From: Thermodesulfobacteriota bacterium
Lineage (GTDB): Bacteria; Desulfobacterota; Desulfarculia; JACQYL01
DNA: 64,000 nucleotides
NCBI GenBank assembly: GCA_963675595.2
Contig: CAXXLZ010000002.1
Span: 2,944,001 to 3,008,000, forward strand
Direction of reading: 5' to 3'
In this document: in pieces, positions 50,016 through 59,370 of the stretch
Numbering within the stretch: the stretch's first letter is position 1
Layout: every line of letters begins with the position of its first letter
Program-made: the position numbers and the translations under genes
The notes under the pieces: model-generated
Database searches by the model: none
What the model was told of the DNA's origin: nothing
Seen by the model: the letters and a program-made list of their open reading frames with translations, nothing else

Positions 50016-50791
50016 GGTAAATACTCCGGATCCACATGTTGCAGGGCATGAAAGACGTTTCCGCGGATTTTCTTGTTTTCGGCATAGAGAGATCGAAGCA
50101 AATTTCTGACGAGAAGGCGTTTTGAGTTTTTCGCCGACGGGCACTGATTGGCGATCAAGGGCAATTTCCGGTGGGTTGCGAACCGGACCACCAAGTCGGA
50201 CGAGGTGAACGCGAGGGGTCTGATGATGGTCAGAAGCCCCTGGAACATGGGTTGAAAGGGCACCATGGTGCTCATGACCGCGCCGAAGAAGGTATTGAGG
50301 AAGAAGGTTTCGATGATGTCGTCCTGGTTGTGACCCAGCACCAGTTTGTTGCAGCGGTATTGTTCCGCGAGCTGGAAGAGTCGCTTTCTTCGAAGCCTCG
50401 AGCAGAAAAAGCAAGGATTCTTGTAGTTCTCTTCGGAATGAGCTCGAACCGCGTAATCGGTGGATTCAACCACATAGGAGTCAAAACCGTTCTCCTCGAA
50501 ATAGGCCTTCATGTGGGTTTGCGAGGGGGGATCGTATCCCATTTCCAGATAGACCGGGATAAGATCATAGGTGATGGGGATCCTGTGAAGCCTCTCTTGG
50601 AGGTACCACAGGGCGGTCATGCTGTCCTTTCCTCCGGACACGGCTACCAGAAGTCGGTCCCCTGAACTGATCATCGCGTAATGATGGATGGCCCTCCCCG
50701 CGCTGTTCTTGAGTCGGTTTTCTATGCTGCCCCGATTGGCGGCCATGAGTGCATTCCACTTGAGGTTGGTTGACGGGCGGGCATGTGACAT
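50012..50791 (-). CDS. ttcA: tRNA 2-thiocytidine biosynthesis protein
   Basis: VSGGKDS PP-loop, PCFFCSRLRR, LGHNQDD, IIRPL. Confidence 0.88.
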   Translation of the reverse strand: MSHARPSTNLKWNALMAANRGSIENRLKNSAGRAIHHYAMISSGDRLLVAVSGGKDSMTALWYLQERLHRIPITYDLIPVYLEMGYDPPSQTHMKAYFEENGFDSYVVESTDYAVRAHSEENYKNPCFFCSRLRRKRLFQLAEQYRCNKLVLGHNQDDIIETFFLNTFFGAVMSTMVPFQPMFQGLLTIIRPLAFTSSDLVVRFATHRKLPLIANQCPSAKNSKRLLVRNLLRSLYAENKKIRGNVFHALQHVDPEYLP

Positions 50792-50830
50792 GGGGGTTCC
50801 GCTCACGCTATATGAGTTGCGAGGTTGCAC

Positions 50831-50846
50831 TGTTCCACGTGGAACA
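50831..50846. promoter_or_regulatory. parS site (perfect), at the centre of a 42-bp palindrome (50818-50859)
   Basis: tgttccacgtggaaca matches the parS consensus TGTTNCACGTGAAACA. Confidence 0.9.
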
Positions 50847-50901
50847 GTGCAACCTCGCACCGGGAACCAGCTCTTCCTCCGTGCGCGCCGCTCGCGGCAT
50901 C

Positions 50902-51987
50902 TTAGGAAATCTTCATGGCCTCCACAATCGCCTCCGCCATTCTTTTTGTGCCTACAGCCGTGGGATCGTCCCGGTTTTGCTTGAAATCGTAGGTCACAAA
51001 TTTCCCTTCACGGATGACGTCCGCCAAGCCATTCTCCAGCTTGCGCGCGGCCTCCTTCTCATTGAGAAAATCCAGCATCAACACACTGCTCAAAATCAGA
51101 CCGCAAGGATTGGCTCGGTCCAGCCCGGCATACTTCGGAGCACTTCCGTGCGTCGCCTCAAAGATGGCCGTATCCTCACCGATGTTGGCGCCGGGTGCCA
51201 AACCGAGCCCTCCAACCAGACCAGCGCACAGGTCCGAAACAATATCACCGTACAAGTTGGGAAGTACGAGGACGTCAAACTCTTCGGGCCTCATCACAAG
51301 CTGCATGCAGAGGTTGTCCACGAGAATCTGATTGAATTCGATCTCCGGATACGCCCGTGCCGTGTCTTCTGCGGTAGCGGAAAAGAGACCATCCGTGAAT
51401 TTCATGATATTCGCTTTGTGCACCGCGGTGACCTTTTTTCTGCCGTTGCGGCGCGCATACTCGAAGGCGAACTTCACAATGCGCTCACTGCCCTCCCGGC
51501 TGATGACTTTTAAGCCGACGGCGGAGTCATCGGACACGTTCACCCCGGCTTCATCTTTCAGGCGTGCGCGCAGCCCTGCGGTGAAGGCGTCGTTTTGGTC
51601 GAATTCGATGCCTCGGTAGAGGTCCTCCATATTTTCTCGAACCACCACGATATCCACATTGTCATATCGGGTACGGGCGCCCTTAAATATTTTGCAGGGA
51701 CGAAGGCATGCATACAGTTTAAACATCTGCCTAAGGGTCACGTTCAGGCTTCGGAATCCCCGTCCGATGGGCGTGGTGATGGGGCCTTTGATCGCCACCC
51801 GGTTCTTCTCGATACTTTCGATGAGGTTTCCCGGAATGCCGGCGACATTACCCTCAGCGTCGCCCCATTCCACATTTACCTCGTCCCACTGAATATCGAC
51901 CCCTGTCGCGTCTACGCAAAGCTTCATCGCCTCCGTCAGCTCCGGACCGATCCCGTCGCCCGGAATACACGTTACCGTATGCCTCAA
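50902..51987 (-). CDS. Isocitrate dehydrogenase (IDH/IPMDH family, NAD-type)
   Basis: IPGDGIGPE, KGPITTP, HKANIMK, PNLYGDIVSD, EATHGSAP. Confidence 0.88.
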   Translation of the reverse strand: MRHTVTCIPGDGIGPELTEAMKLCVDATGVDIQWDEVNVEWGDAEGNVAGIPGNLIESIEKNRVAIKGPITTPIGRGFRSLNVTLRQMFKLYACLRPCKIFKGARTRYDNVDIVVVRENMEDLYRGIEFDQNDAFTAGLRARLKDEAGVNVSDDSAVGLKVISREGSERIVKFAFEYARRNGRKKVTAVHKANIMKFTDGLFSATAEDTARAYPEIEFNQILVDNLCMQLVMRPEEFDVLVLPNLYGDIVSDLCAGLVGGLGLAPGANIGEDTAIFEATHGSAPKYAGLDRANPCGLILSSVLMLDFLNEKEAARKLENGLADVIREGKFVTYDFKQNRDDPTAVGTKRMAEAIVEAMKIS

Positions 51988-52128
51988 AGTAAACTCCTTC
52001 CCGGTCCCAGCAGCTCTGACAACCAAGCCATGGATCGGGACCTCTTTGAATCTTTTGGGTTTAGCTCTAATGAATGCTATATTGGTCGGACCATGACCGC
52101 CCGGAGGTCAACCACCAGGGGGTGTGCC

Positions 52129-52797
52129 ATGCCCAAGCACCGCCGAACACAAAGGGGCCTCGTCTACCTCCCCTTCCGGCGATTCGAAGATCAAATCCGG
52201 AAAATGACGAGCAATTCCAAGGAGGCCCGTTCTCCTCAACCACCGGTGTGCGCGGAAGATCTTTCCGACGAAGAGCTCTTCGCCGTGGAAATGGCCGACG
52301 TTCGGCCCCTTCCCCACGCGGCCCGGGCCAGGCTTTGGGGTCCGCGGACGACAAGCAGGCAGACCTGCCCCGTTCCCGAGAGTATCGATGTCATGGATGC
52401 CCTGTCTCAGCTCGTCGCCGGGGACGCACCCTTAGATCCCACCCACTCGGACGAATACATCTCATGGTGCGCTCCCGGTACCTATCATTCTTCTTTTCGC
52501 GCCCTCAAACAAGGACTCTTTCCGGTCCAGGCCCACCTGGACCTTCATGGAATGACCGTGGGCGAAGCCCAACCCGCGGTCTCGGCCTTTCTCCGTGCAG
52601 CCGCCTTCCGCAGGCTCCGGTGCGTACTAATCGTCCACGGCCGGGGCCACAATTCCAAGGACAACGAGCCCGTGCTGAAAAAGGTGCTCGAAAAATGGCT
52701 CCGGGGAGGCGGACAGGGAAGGATGGTCAAAGCATACGCTTCCGCCCTAAATTACGACGGCGGGTTGGGAGCGGTATATGTCCTTCTTCGTGCCTGA
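52129..52797 (+). CDS. Smr/MutS2 domain protein
   Basis: LDLHGMT, LIVHGRGHNS, DGGLGAVYVLL. Confidence 0.88.
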   Translation: MPKHRRTQRGLVYLPFRRFEDQIRKMTSNSKEARSPQPPVCAEDLSDEELFAVEMADVRPLPHAARARLWGPRTTSRQTCPVPESIDVMDALSQLVAGDAPLDPTHSDEYISWCAPGTYHSSFRALKQGLFPVQAHLDLHGMTVGEAQPAVSAFLRAAAFRRLRCVLIVHGRGHNSKDNEPVLKKVLEKWLRGGGQGRMVKAYASALNYDGGLGAVYVLLRA

Positions 52798-52881
52798 AAC
52801 AGGTTGGGTATCCTCTCCTCGGCAGCCTTAACACCAACCCGCAGGTAGCGCTTGGGTCCACCTGCAATTCGCCCGGCGCCC

Positions 52882-53394
52882 TCACAGCTTCCGGAATTTC
52901 GCCCGTTCTTTTCTGAGTTTCCGAGCGGGCCGTTTTGACGGTCCTTTTTTCTTCCCGCTCCCTCCCCGGTCTGCCCAGTCCTCACCGGTCAGGACCTCCT
53001 GATCCGCCCCGGCGAGAATCATGTCGAAATCCTGAGAGGACACCGGCAGCGACCCTCTGGCTTGAGCGTAGGAGAACACTTCACGATCCGACGAAACCAC
53101 TACCGCTTTTTCACCGAGCTGCGCTGCAAGCCTTTTGATCACCGCGTCAGCCTGTTCCCCTTGCCTGGAGAACACAATTCGCACGCCGCCTTCGTAGCGG
53201 GTCTCCCCTCGTAGGCTCCCCTCCAGCCAGCCATCAAAGACCACGGTGACCGAATGGCCCTTTTCCTGTTTATATCGCACCAGTTCTTGGATCAACAGCC
53301 TGCGGCCGGATTCCAGGTCTTCACGGGCCGCGCTCTCGAAAAGCATGGAGGCGTGAATCAAATTGTAGCCGTCAACAATCACATGCAAGGGCAT
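52882..53394 (-). CDS. NYN domain RNase (YacP/Rae1-like)
   Basis: IVDGYNLI, VVFDG, ADAVI, VVSSDRE. Confidence 0.88.
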   Translation of the reverse strand: MPLHVIVDGYNLIHASMLFESAAREDLESGRRLLIQELVRYKQEKGHSVTVVFDGWLEGSLRGETRYEGGVRIVFSRQGEQADAVIKRLAAQLGEKAVVVSSDREVFSYAQARGSLPVSSQDFDMILAGADQEVLTGEDWADRGGSGKKKGPSKRPARKLRKERAKFRKL

Positions 53395-53397
53395 GTT

Positions 53398-54258
53398 TCA
53401 CTGAGCCTTGATGAGGTCCAAAAGGCGAGATAATTCTTCATGTGATCCATAATCGATCTTGATGGATCCCGATGTCCCACGATTCCGGATATTCACTTTC
53501 ATACCGAGGACACCCGACATCTCTCGTTCCAAATCGGCGAAGTAGGCCTGCTCGTCTTCCGGCACCTGCCGCCTAGGCCGCTCGACTCGCGGTTTCGCCG
53601 CCACTGCTTTCTCGGTCTCTCTCACGGAAAGCCGCTCTGCAACCACTCGCTCGGCCAGCTCAACAATCCGTTCCGCCTCGTCCAGCCCGAGCAGGGCCCG
53701 TGCATGCCCCATGCTCAAGCGCCCTTCGAACAGGTGTTCCTTCACCTCGTCGGGAAGCTGGTTGAGCCTCAGCATATTGGCAACGGTTGAGCGATTCTTT
53801 CCCAGCCGATCCGCAAGCTCTTGCTGCGTTAGGCCGTGATCATCCATGAGCGTTTGATAGGCCCGCGCCTCCTCCACCGGATTCAAGTCTTCACGTTGAA
53901 TGTTTTCAATGAGGGCGATTTCCAAGACTTCGGCGTCGGGCAACTCGCGAACAATGGCGGGAATTCGCGCAAGACCGGCTCGACCGGCGGCTCTCCAGCG
54001 ACGCTCACCGGCGATCAACTCGAAGTGATCCGACTTCTTCCGGACAAGCACAGGCTGAATGATCCCCTTGTGCCGGATGGACTCAGCCAATTCCAACAGG
54101 CTTTCCTCACTGACCCGGGTGCGGGGTTGAACCGCGCAGGGTTTGATCTCGTCGACCCCGACCATGGTCACTTCCGCGGCCAGTTCCTCAGTGGGAGAAC
54201 CCCATTCGGATAATAGGGCGTCAAGGCCCCTGCCAAGTCCCTTTTTCTTGCTGCTCAT
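53398..54258 (-). CDS. parB: Chromosome partitioning protein ParB
   Basis: GLGRGLDALL, IAGERRWRA, ENIQREDLNP. Confidence 0.96.
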   Translation of the reverse strand: MSSKKKGLGRGLDALLSEWGSPTEELAAEVTMVGVDEIKPCAVQPRTRVSEESLLELAESIRHKGIIQPVLVRKKSDHFELIAGERRWRAAGRAGLARIPAIVRELPDAEVLEIALIENIQREDLNPVEEARAYQTLMDDHGLTQQELADRLGKNRSTVANMLRLNQLPDEVKEHLFEGRLSMGHARALLGLDEAERIVELAERVVAERLSVRETEKAVAAKPRVERPRRQVPEDEQAYFADLEREMSGVLGMKVNIRNRGTSGSIKIDYGSHEELSRLLDLIKAQ

Positions 54259-54398
54259 GTCTTAACCTTTGAACGCTGCCTTAGGATTGCCGGAAGCATC
54301 CGAACTTTGGGCGAGGATTCCCTACTTCGTGGGCAGCTTCTGCGCAAGGGCGACGCCCGGCACACGCCTTTCTCCGTGAACCGCTCAAACGGCGTGAT

Positions 54399-55196
54399 TC
54401 AAGGCACGGCGACCCGGGCTCGCTCAGCATCCCCGGCACGCCTCTCCATGATTTCCCGTGCAAGAGCCAGGTAACTGGTAGCACCCTTGGAATTCACGTC
54501 GTAAAGCAACACGGGTAATCCGTGGCTGGGGCTTTCGCTCAGACGGACATTTCGCGGAATGATGGTTTGGAATCGCTCTTTCGAAAAATGTGCATCCACC
54601 TGACCCACGATCTGGGAGGAGAGGTTGTTCCTCGCATCAAACATGGTCATGAGGATCCCTTCGACGGTCAGGAACGAATTGAAGCGCTGTTTTACCGTAC
54701 GAATGGTTTTCAGCAGGCTGGACAGACCTTCCAGCGCATAATACTCACATTGGATGGGAATCAAAACGCTGTCCGCGGCCGTGAGGGCGTTTACCGTGAG
54801 CAGTCCGAGAGATGGAGGGCAGTCCAAAAGGATATAATCATATTCACCGCTCACCTCTCCGATCTTCTTCTTCAAAACGGATTCCCGCCCAGGGACGGAT
54901 ACCAGTTCCACCTCCGCACCAATGAGGTCCTGCTGTGCGGGGATGACATGCAGGAAAGGGAGCCGGCTCTCGAGGACGACTTCCGGAGCCTCCGCGGCTC
55001 CGATAAGGAGATGATACAGATGCCGTCCGGCCTTCTCCTTTGCGATGCCGATGCCGCTGCTCGCGTTGCCCTGCGGATCGCAATCCACCAGAAGCACGCG
55101 TTTCTCGGCGACGGCAAGAGAAGAGGCCAGGTTCACGGAAGTGGTGGTCTTTCCCACTCCTCCCTTCTGATTCGCGATACAGATGACTCTAGCCAT
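54399..55196 (-). CDS. parA: Chromosome partitioning ATPase ParA/Soj
   Basis: NQKGGVGKTT, DCDPQGN, DCPPSLG, IPRNVRLSESPS. Confidence 0.96.
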   Translation of the reverse strand: MARVICIANQKGGVGKTTTSVNLASSLAVAEKRVLLVDCDPQGNASSGIGIAKEKAGRHLYHLLIGAAEAPEVVLESRLPFLHVIPAQQDLIGAEVELVSVPGRESVLKKKIGEVSGEYDYILLDCPPSLGLLTVNALTAADSVLIPIQCEYYALEGLSSLLKTIRTVKQRFNSFLTVEGILMTMFDARNNLSSQIVGQVDAHFSKERFQTIIPRNVRLSESPSHGLPVLLYDVNSKGATSYLALAREIMERRAGDAERARVAVP

Positions 55197-55306
55197 ATAG
55201 CGGAAACGACTTTCCAAGTCTGTGATCGGTTACGGACTATACGGCCCTGCAGAGAAGAGGAGCGGCCGGCCTTCCGGTGGGTTTGGCCCAGTCACGTCCG
55301 GATCGT

Positions 55307-55322
55307 TGTTCCACGTGAAACA
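55307..55322. promoter_or_regulatory. parS site upstream of parA
   Basis: tgttccacgtgaaaca. Confidence 0.9.
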
Positions 55323-55398
55323 ATCCACTCCCTCTTCGCGTCCCCTCCCACAAAGCCCTCACCAACGATTCCACGCGGTGACGAATGATGAAACCCGT

Positions 55399-56244
55399 TT
55401 ACACCTGCACTTCCCCTTCCACAGCCCCTTCCACTTCAAAACAACCATCACGTCGTTCGGCCCAGTCCTTGCACCACGCCACCAATTCATCCATGCCTTC
55501 GTCGGACCTCGTGGGCTCATGGTGATACAGAACGAGTCGTTTTACCTCGGCCTCCCGCGCCATCCTCAGAACGCTCTCACAAGACGAATGTCCCCAGTTC
55601 TTGCGGCCGATAATCTCCTCTTCCGTATACTGGCAGTCGTGTACCAGGACATCGGCACCGGAGCAGAATTTCACAAAATCAGCGGGCCGGCTCCCTTCCC
55701 AAGAATCCTCACGCAACTCATTATCCGTAATGAACACGAAGGTCTTGCCGCCTTCACGAAAACGGAACCCCAACCCTCCGCCGGGATGTTGAAGCCGAAT
55801 CGAGTCGATCCGCGCATCCCCAATAATCCGGTATCCATCCTTCTCCATCCGGTCGGAAAAACTGATGCGGCTCTTCAGCTCCTCGAAACGAACCGGAAAA
55901 AATCCGTCTACCATCCGGTTCTCAAAGAGCGTCATCAAGCCCTTATAAGCGCGACTACTTCCGTCTACTTCGATCTCGGTGGATTCGTCGTAAATAGGAT
56001 AGAAGAACGGAAAACCTAGAATATGATCCCAATGGATGTGAGTGATCAACAAGTGCATCCCGACCGGTTCACCACGACTACGCAGTACTCGCCCCAACTC
56101 CTGGATTCCTGTTCCAGCGTCGATCACCACTCTACGACCACCGGAAAGGTTCACTTCTACGCAAGCCGTGTTACCGCCATAACGAAGCGTTCTTTTACCC
56201 GGAACGGCGATGGAACCTCGGGTGCCCCACAAGAAAACATTCAT
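55399..56244 (-). CDS. MBL-fold metallo-hydrolase (RNase Z/phosphodiesterase-like)
   Basis: WGTRGS, GGNTAC, THIHWDH, WGHS, HHEP. Confidence 0.88.
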   Translation of the reverse strand: MNVFLWGTRGSIAVPGKRTLRYGGNTACVEVNLSGGRRVVIDAGTGIQELGRVLRSRGEPVGMHLLITHIHWDHILGFPFFYPIYDESTEIEVDGSSRAYKGLMTLFENRMVDGFFPVRFEELKSRISFSDRMEKDGYRIIGDARIDSIRLQHPGGGLGFRFREGGKTFVFITDNELREDSWEGSRPADFVKFCSGADVLVHDCQYTEEEIIGRKNWGHSSCESVLRMAREAEVKRLVLYHHEPTRSDEGMDELVAWCKDWAERRDGCFEVEGAVEGEVQV

Positions 56245-56363
56245 GATTCCCGCACCGACGCTTCCCTCCCGCGGACAGGACTTGAATACACCGCACACAC
56301 TCTCGTTCACTTCCGACCTAGCCCAACATTCCCTTACTCTTTAGAAGAACAAAGCCTGAACTG

Positions 56364-57227
56364 TCAACCCGCATCACCTTCGATCAACGAACCGTCGCCT
56401 TCCCATCGTCCGTTGCCCGTTGCTTTGGCGTATGTCCCAAAAATTCGAACACGTTTTGAAAAAAATCTCAGCTCCCGCAGTGCGTTCTGAACCGCACGTT
56501 CTTCAGGAGCCCCTTCGAAATCAAGATGAAAAGCGTAATGAAGCGGCCGCTTCTTTGAGGGACGCGATTCTATCTTGGTCAAGTTCACCCCGTTGGTGGC
56601 AAATCCCCCGAGAGCCTTGAACAAAGCAGACGGTATGTGCCGCGTTTCGAACACCAACGACGTCTTCACCAAGCCCGACGCCTGTACGGGTTTCGTCCCA
56701 AGAATCAGGAACCGGGTCGCGTTGTTCTTCCAGGTTTGAATCGACCGCCGCAGAACCCGAAGTCCATAAATCTTGGCACACGATACGTGTGCCACAGCCG
56801 CCTCCTCACGAATCCCCCGCTCACTCACTTCTCTCGCGGCTCCGGCCGTGTCCAATGCCGGCACCGATTCGAAACCGCTTTCCCTCAGGAACCCTTCGCA
56901 CTGCTCCAACGCCTGGGGGTGTGAGTAAACCCTTCGAACATCCTCAGCTTTCGTTCCCGGGACCCCCAACAAAGCATGCCGGATTTTTGTACTCGTCTCG
57001 CCGATGATGAACAGATCGTACCGCTCCAATAAGTCCATGGTCGCCACAATCGTTCCCGCGTAAGAGTTCTCAATGGGAACGATTCCATATTCAGCCTCTC
57101 CCTGCTCCACCGCATTGAAGACCTTATCCAGATTGGAACACGGAACGGTCACCACCTCCTCACCGAAATACGAAAGCGCCGCTCTCTGGCTGTGCGCGCC
57201 CCTTTCCCCCTGAAATGCCACTCTCAT
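56364..57227 (-). CDS. pheA: Prephenate dehydratase (monofunctional, with ACT)
   Basis: VAFQG..GAHS, PIENS, SHPQAL, NATRF, LTKIESRP. Confidence 0.93.
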   Translation of the reverse strand: MRVAFQGERGAHSQRAALSYFGEEVVTVPCSNLDKVFNAVEQGEAEYGIVPIENSYAGTIVATMDLLERYDLFIIGETSTKIRHALLGVPGTKAEDVRRVYSHPQALEQCEGFLRESGFESVPALDTAGAAREVSERGIREEAAVAHVSCAKIYGLRVLRRSIQTWKNNATRFLILGTKPVQASGLVKTSLVFETRHIPSALFKALGGFATNGVNLTKIESRPSKKRPLHYAFHLDFEGAPEERAVQNALRELRFFSKRVRIFGTYAKATGNGRWEGDGSLIEGDAG

Positions 57228-57973
57228 TCGACCGCCCTCCCACCATCCTCCACAAGCTTGGCGTCTATCTCCTCAAGTGAATGAATCAGCGCCTTCCGCA
57301 TCACGCCGGCATAAGGATTCAAGGTCTGCAAATCCCGAAATAATTCCTCCGTATCGTTACGTACGAACTGCAAAATTTCCATCAGCTGTTCGAAACCTTG
57401 CGTCGTGATTTCTTCCCGCCGAATGCCCAATTTCATCACCGCACGTCCCAGGAAATGGGCCAACACCTGACTCCGCGCCATCATCCGGTCGTGTTCATCG
57501 GGCGACGAACGAATCACGGTCAAACCCAGCCTCGACAAGAATCCCGCAACCCGGTCTCCTTCGCATCCCCGCCCGGGACACAACACCACCTTGTTCCCGG
57601 TGAAACCGGGACGTATGCTGTCCGGTCCGAAACACGGATGAGTCCCGAGAATCTTTACATAATCAGGCAGAATCGATTGCATCCATTCAATAGGAAGCAT
57701 TTTGACGGAACACGTGTCGCACACAAGGGCACCCTTGCGCACCATGCTGCTAATCTCCCTCAGCACATTCCGCATCGCGGAAATCGGAACTGCCAGGACT
57801 ACGGTTCCTCTAGACGCCGCCTCTTCCAGAGAACCAGACCGGATTCCTTCCGTCCCCTCGATCCCCAAACCTACCCGATCATACGCCACGATGGAGAAAT
57901 AGGGAGACAACGCACATCCCACGAGCCTTCCGAACCGTCCAAATCCAATCATTCCCAATTCAGGTCGCTTCAC
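57224..57973 (-). CDS. tyrA: Prephenate/arogenate dehydrogenase
   Basis: GFGRFG, DTCSVK, THPCFGP, EHDRMMA. Confidence 0.88.
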   Translation of the reverse strand: MKRPELGMIGFGRFGRLVGCALSPYFSIVAYDRVGLGIEGTEGIRSGSLEEAASRGTVVLAVPISAMRNVLREISSMVRKGALVCDTCSVKMLPIEWMQSILPDYVKILGTHPCFGPDSIRPGFTGNKVVLCPGRGCEGDRVAGFLSRLGLTVIRSSPDEHDRMMARSQVLAHFLGRAVMKLGIRREEITTQGFEQLMEILQFVRNDTEELFRDLQTLNPYAGVMRKALIHSLEEIDAKLVEDGGRAVE

Positions 57974-59283
57974 CGCTGCACCGATCGGCTATGTCCGATG
58001 ATTTCCTCGAACAATTTTTCTACATATCCACCGTCCAGACCAAGCTCCGACACCAGCTCCTCGCGCCGCACCTTCATTGCCTGCTCCCGCGCAGTATCGA
58101 GAACCTCGGTCCGCGTTTCCGCCTTAACCGCACCAATGCACCTCACCGCTTCCTCACGCTCCCTCAGAAGTTCCAGGATCTCCTCATCAATGCGATCAAC
58201 GCGCCTGCGAAGATTTCCCAATGCGGAGCCGTTTCCTCGAAGCTCCTCCTGAGCAAGCCAAGCATCATAAATCACCAGGGCGCACATGGCCTCCACCACG
58301 GGAACAATTCTAGGGCAAATGCATGGGTCATGCCTCCCCCGGATGCTGATGCTTTGTTCCCTACCCTCACGGTCCACCGTCGATTGCGGCAGCGCAATGG
58401 AAGGAGTCGGTTTCACCCCTACCCGAACCACGATGGGAGCGCCTGTGGAAATTCCTCCGAGAATCCCCCCGCATCGGTTACTTCGGAACCCTTCACCATC
58501 CATACCATCGTTGTTTTCAGACCCCAACAACTCAGCGGCCCGAAAACCTTCCCCAATTTCAACGCCCTTAACCGCTCCAACCGACATCAACGCGCCGGCC
58601 AGCAGAGCGTCCAGCTTGCCGAACACAGGATCCCCCAAGCCGGCGGGAACCCCCTCAACCGCGATCTCCACCACGCCGCCAACCGAATCACCCGCCTTTT
58701 TCGCCTCCAGAATGACCCGTTCCATTTTTTCCGCCGTATCCGCGTCGGGACACCGAACAGGATTCTTCTCCACTTGGCCCCAGTCACGAAAACAGGTTTT
58801 GACGCTGCCCACCTGCACCGTTCCCCCAACAACAGTGACCCCCAACGCCGCAAGTTCCTTCTTCGCCAAAGCCCCTGCAGCCACGCGTCCAACGGTTTCG
58901 CGGGCGGAAGCCCGACCACCTCCCCGATGGTCCCGGATTCCATATTTCGCTTCATACGTGAAATCCGCATGCCCCGGGCGAAAAAGGGTCTTCAATGCGT
59001 CGTAATCCCCGCTTCGCTGTCCCGAATTCCAGACCACCATACAAATCGGCGTGCCCAACGTCCGCCCCTCGAAAACTCCGGAAAGAATCTCAACCCGATC
59101 CTCTTCCCGCCGGGCGGTGGAAACGGAACTCTGCCCGGGCTTCCTCCGGTCGAGTTCTCTCTGAATATCCTCAGCGGTCAGCGACAGCCCGGGTTTGACA
59201 CGATCAATGACCACCCCGACAGCCCGACCATGACTCTCACCAAACGTTACGATCCGAAAATGATTACCAAAGAAATTGCTCAA
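57970..59283 (-). CDS. aroC: Chorismate synthase fused to C-terminal AroQ-type chorismate mutase
   Basis: TFGESHG, RPGHAD, GRASARET, RHDPC; then LRRRVDRIDEEILELLRER...K...D.AREQ. Confidence 0.92.
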   Translation of the reverse strand: MSNFFGNHFRIVTFGESHGRAVGVVIDRVKPGLSLTAEDIQRELDRRKPGQSSVSTARREEDRVEILSGVFEGRTLGTPICMVVWNSGQRSGDYDALKTLFRPGHADFTYEAKYGIRDHRGGGRASARETVGRVAAGALAKKELAALGVTVVGGTVQVGSVKTCFRDWGQVEKNPVRCPDADTAEKMERVILEAKKAGDSVGGVVEIAVEGVPAGLGDPVFGKLDALLAGALMSVGAVKGVEIGEGFRAAELLGSENNDGMDGEGFRSNRCGGILGGISTGAPIVVRVGVKPTPSIALPQSTVDREGREQSISIRGRHDPCICPRIVPVVEAMCALVIYDAWLAQEELRGNGSALGNLRRRVDRIDEEILELLREREEAVRCIGAVKAETRTEVLDTAREQAMKVRREELVSELGLDGGYVEKLFEEIIGHSRSVQR

Positions 59284-59370
59284 GGAAGTCCTCCAGTGCA
59301 TCCCACCATCCTCCGGTCCGAACGACGATTCCCCGTGCCGGCGTCTCACCGCAGCACCTTGAGGAGCGTC

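Noticed and set aside
51595-52128. N-terminal extension of the Smr ORF
   Set aside because: Antisense overlap with idh; the Smr-like region begins near 52129
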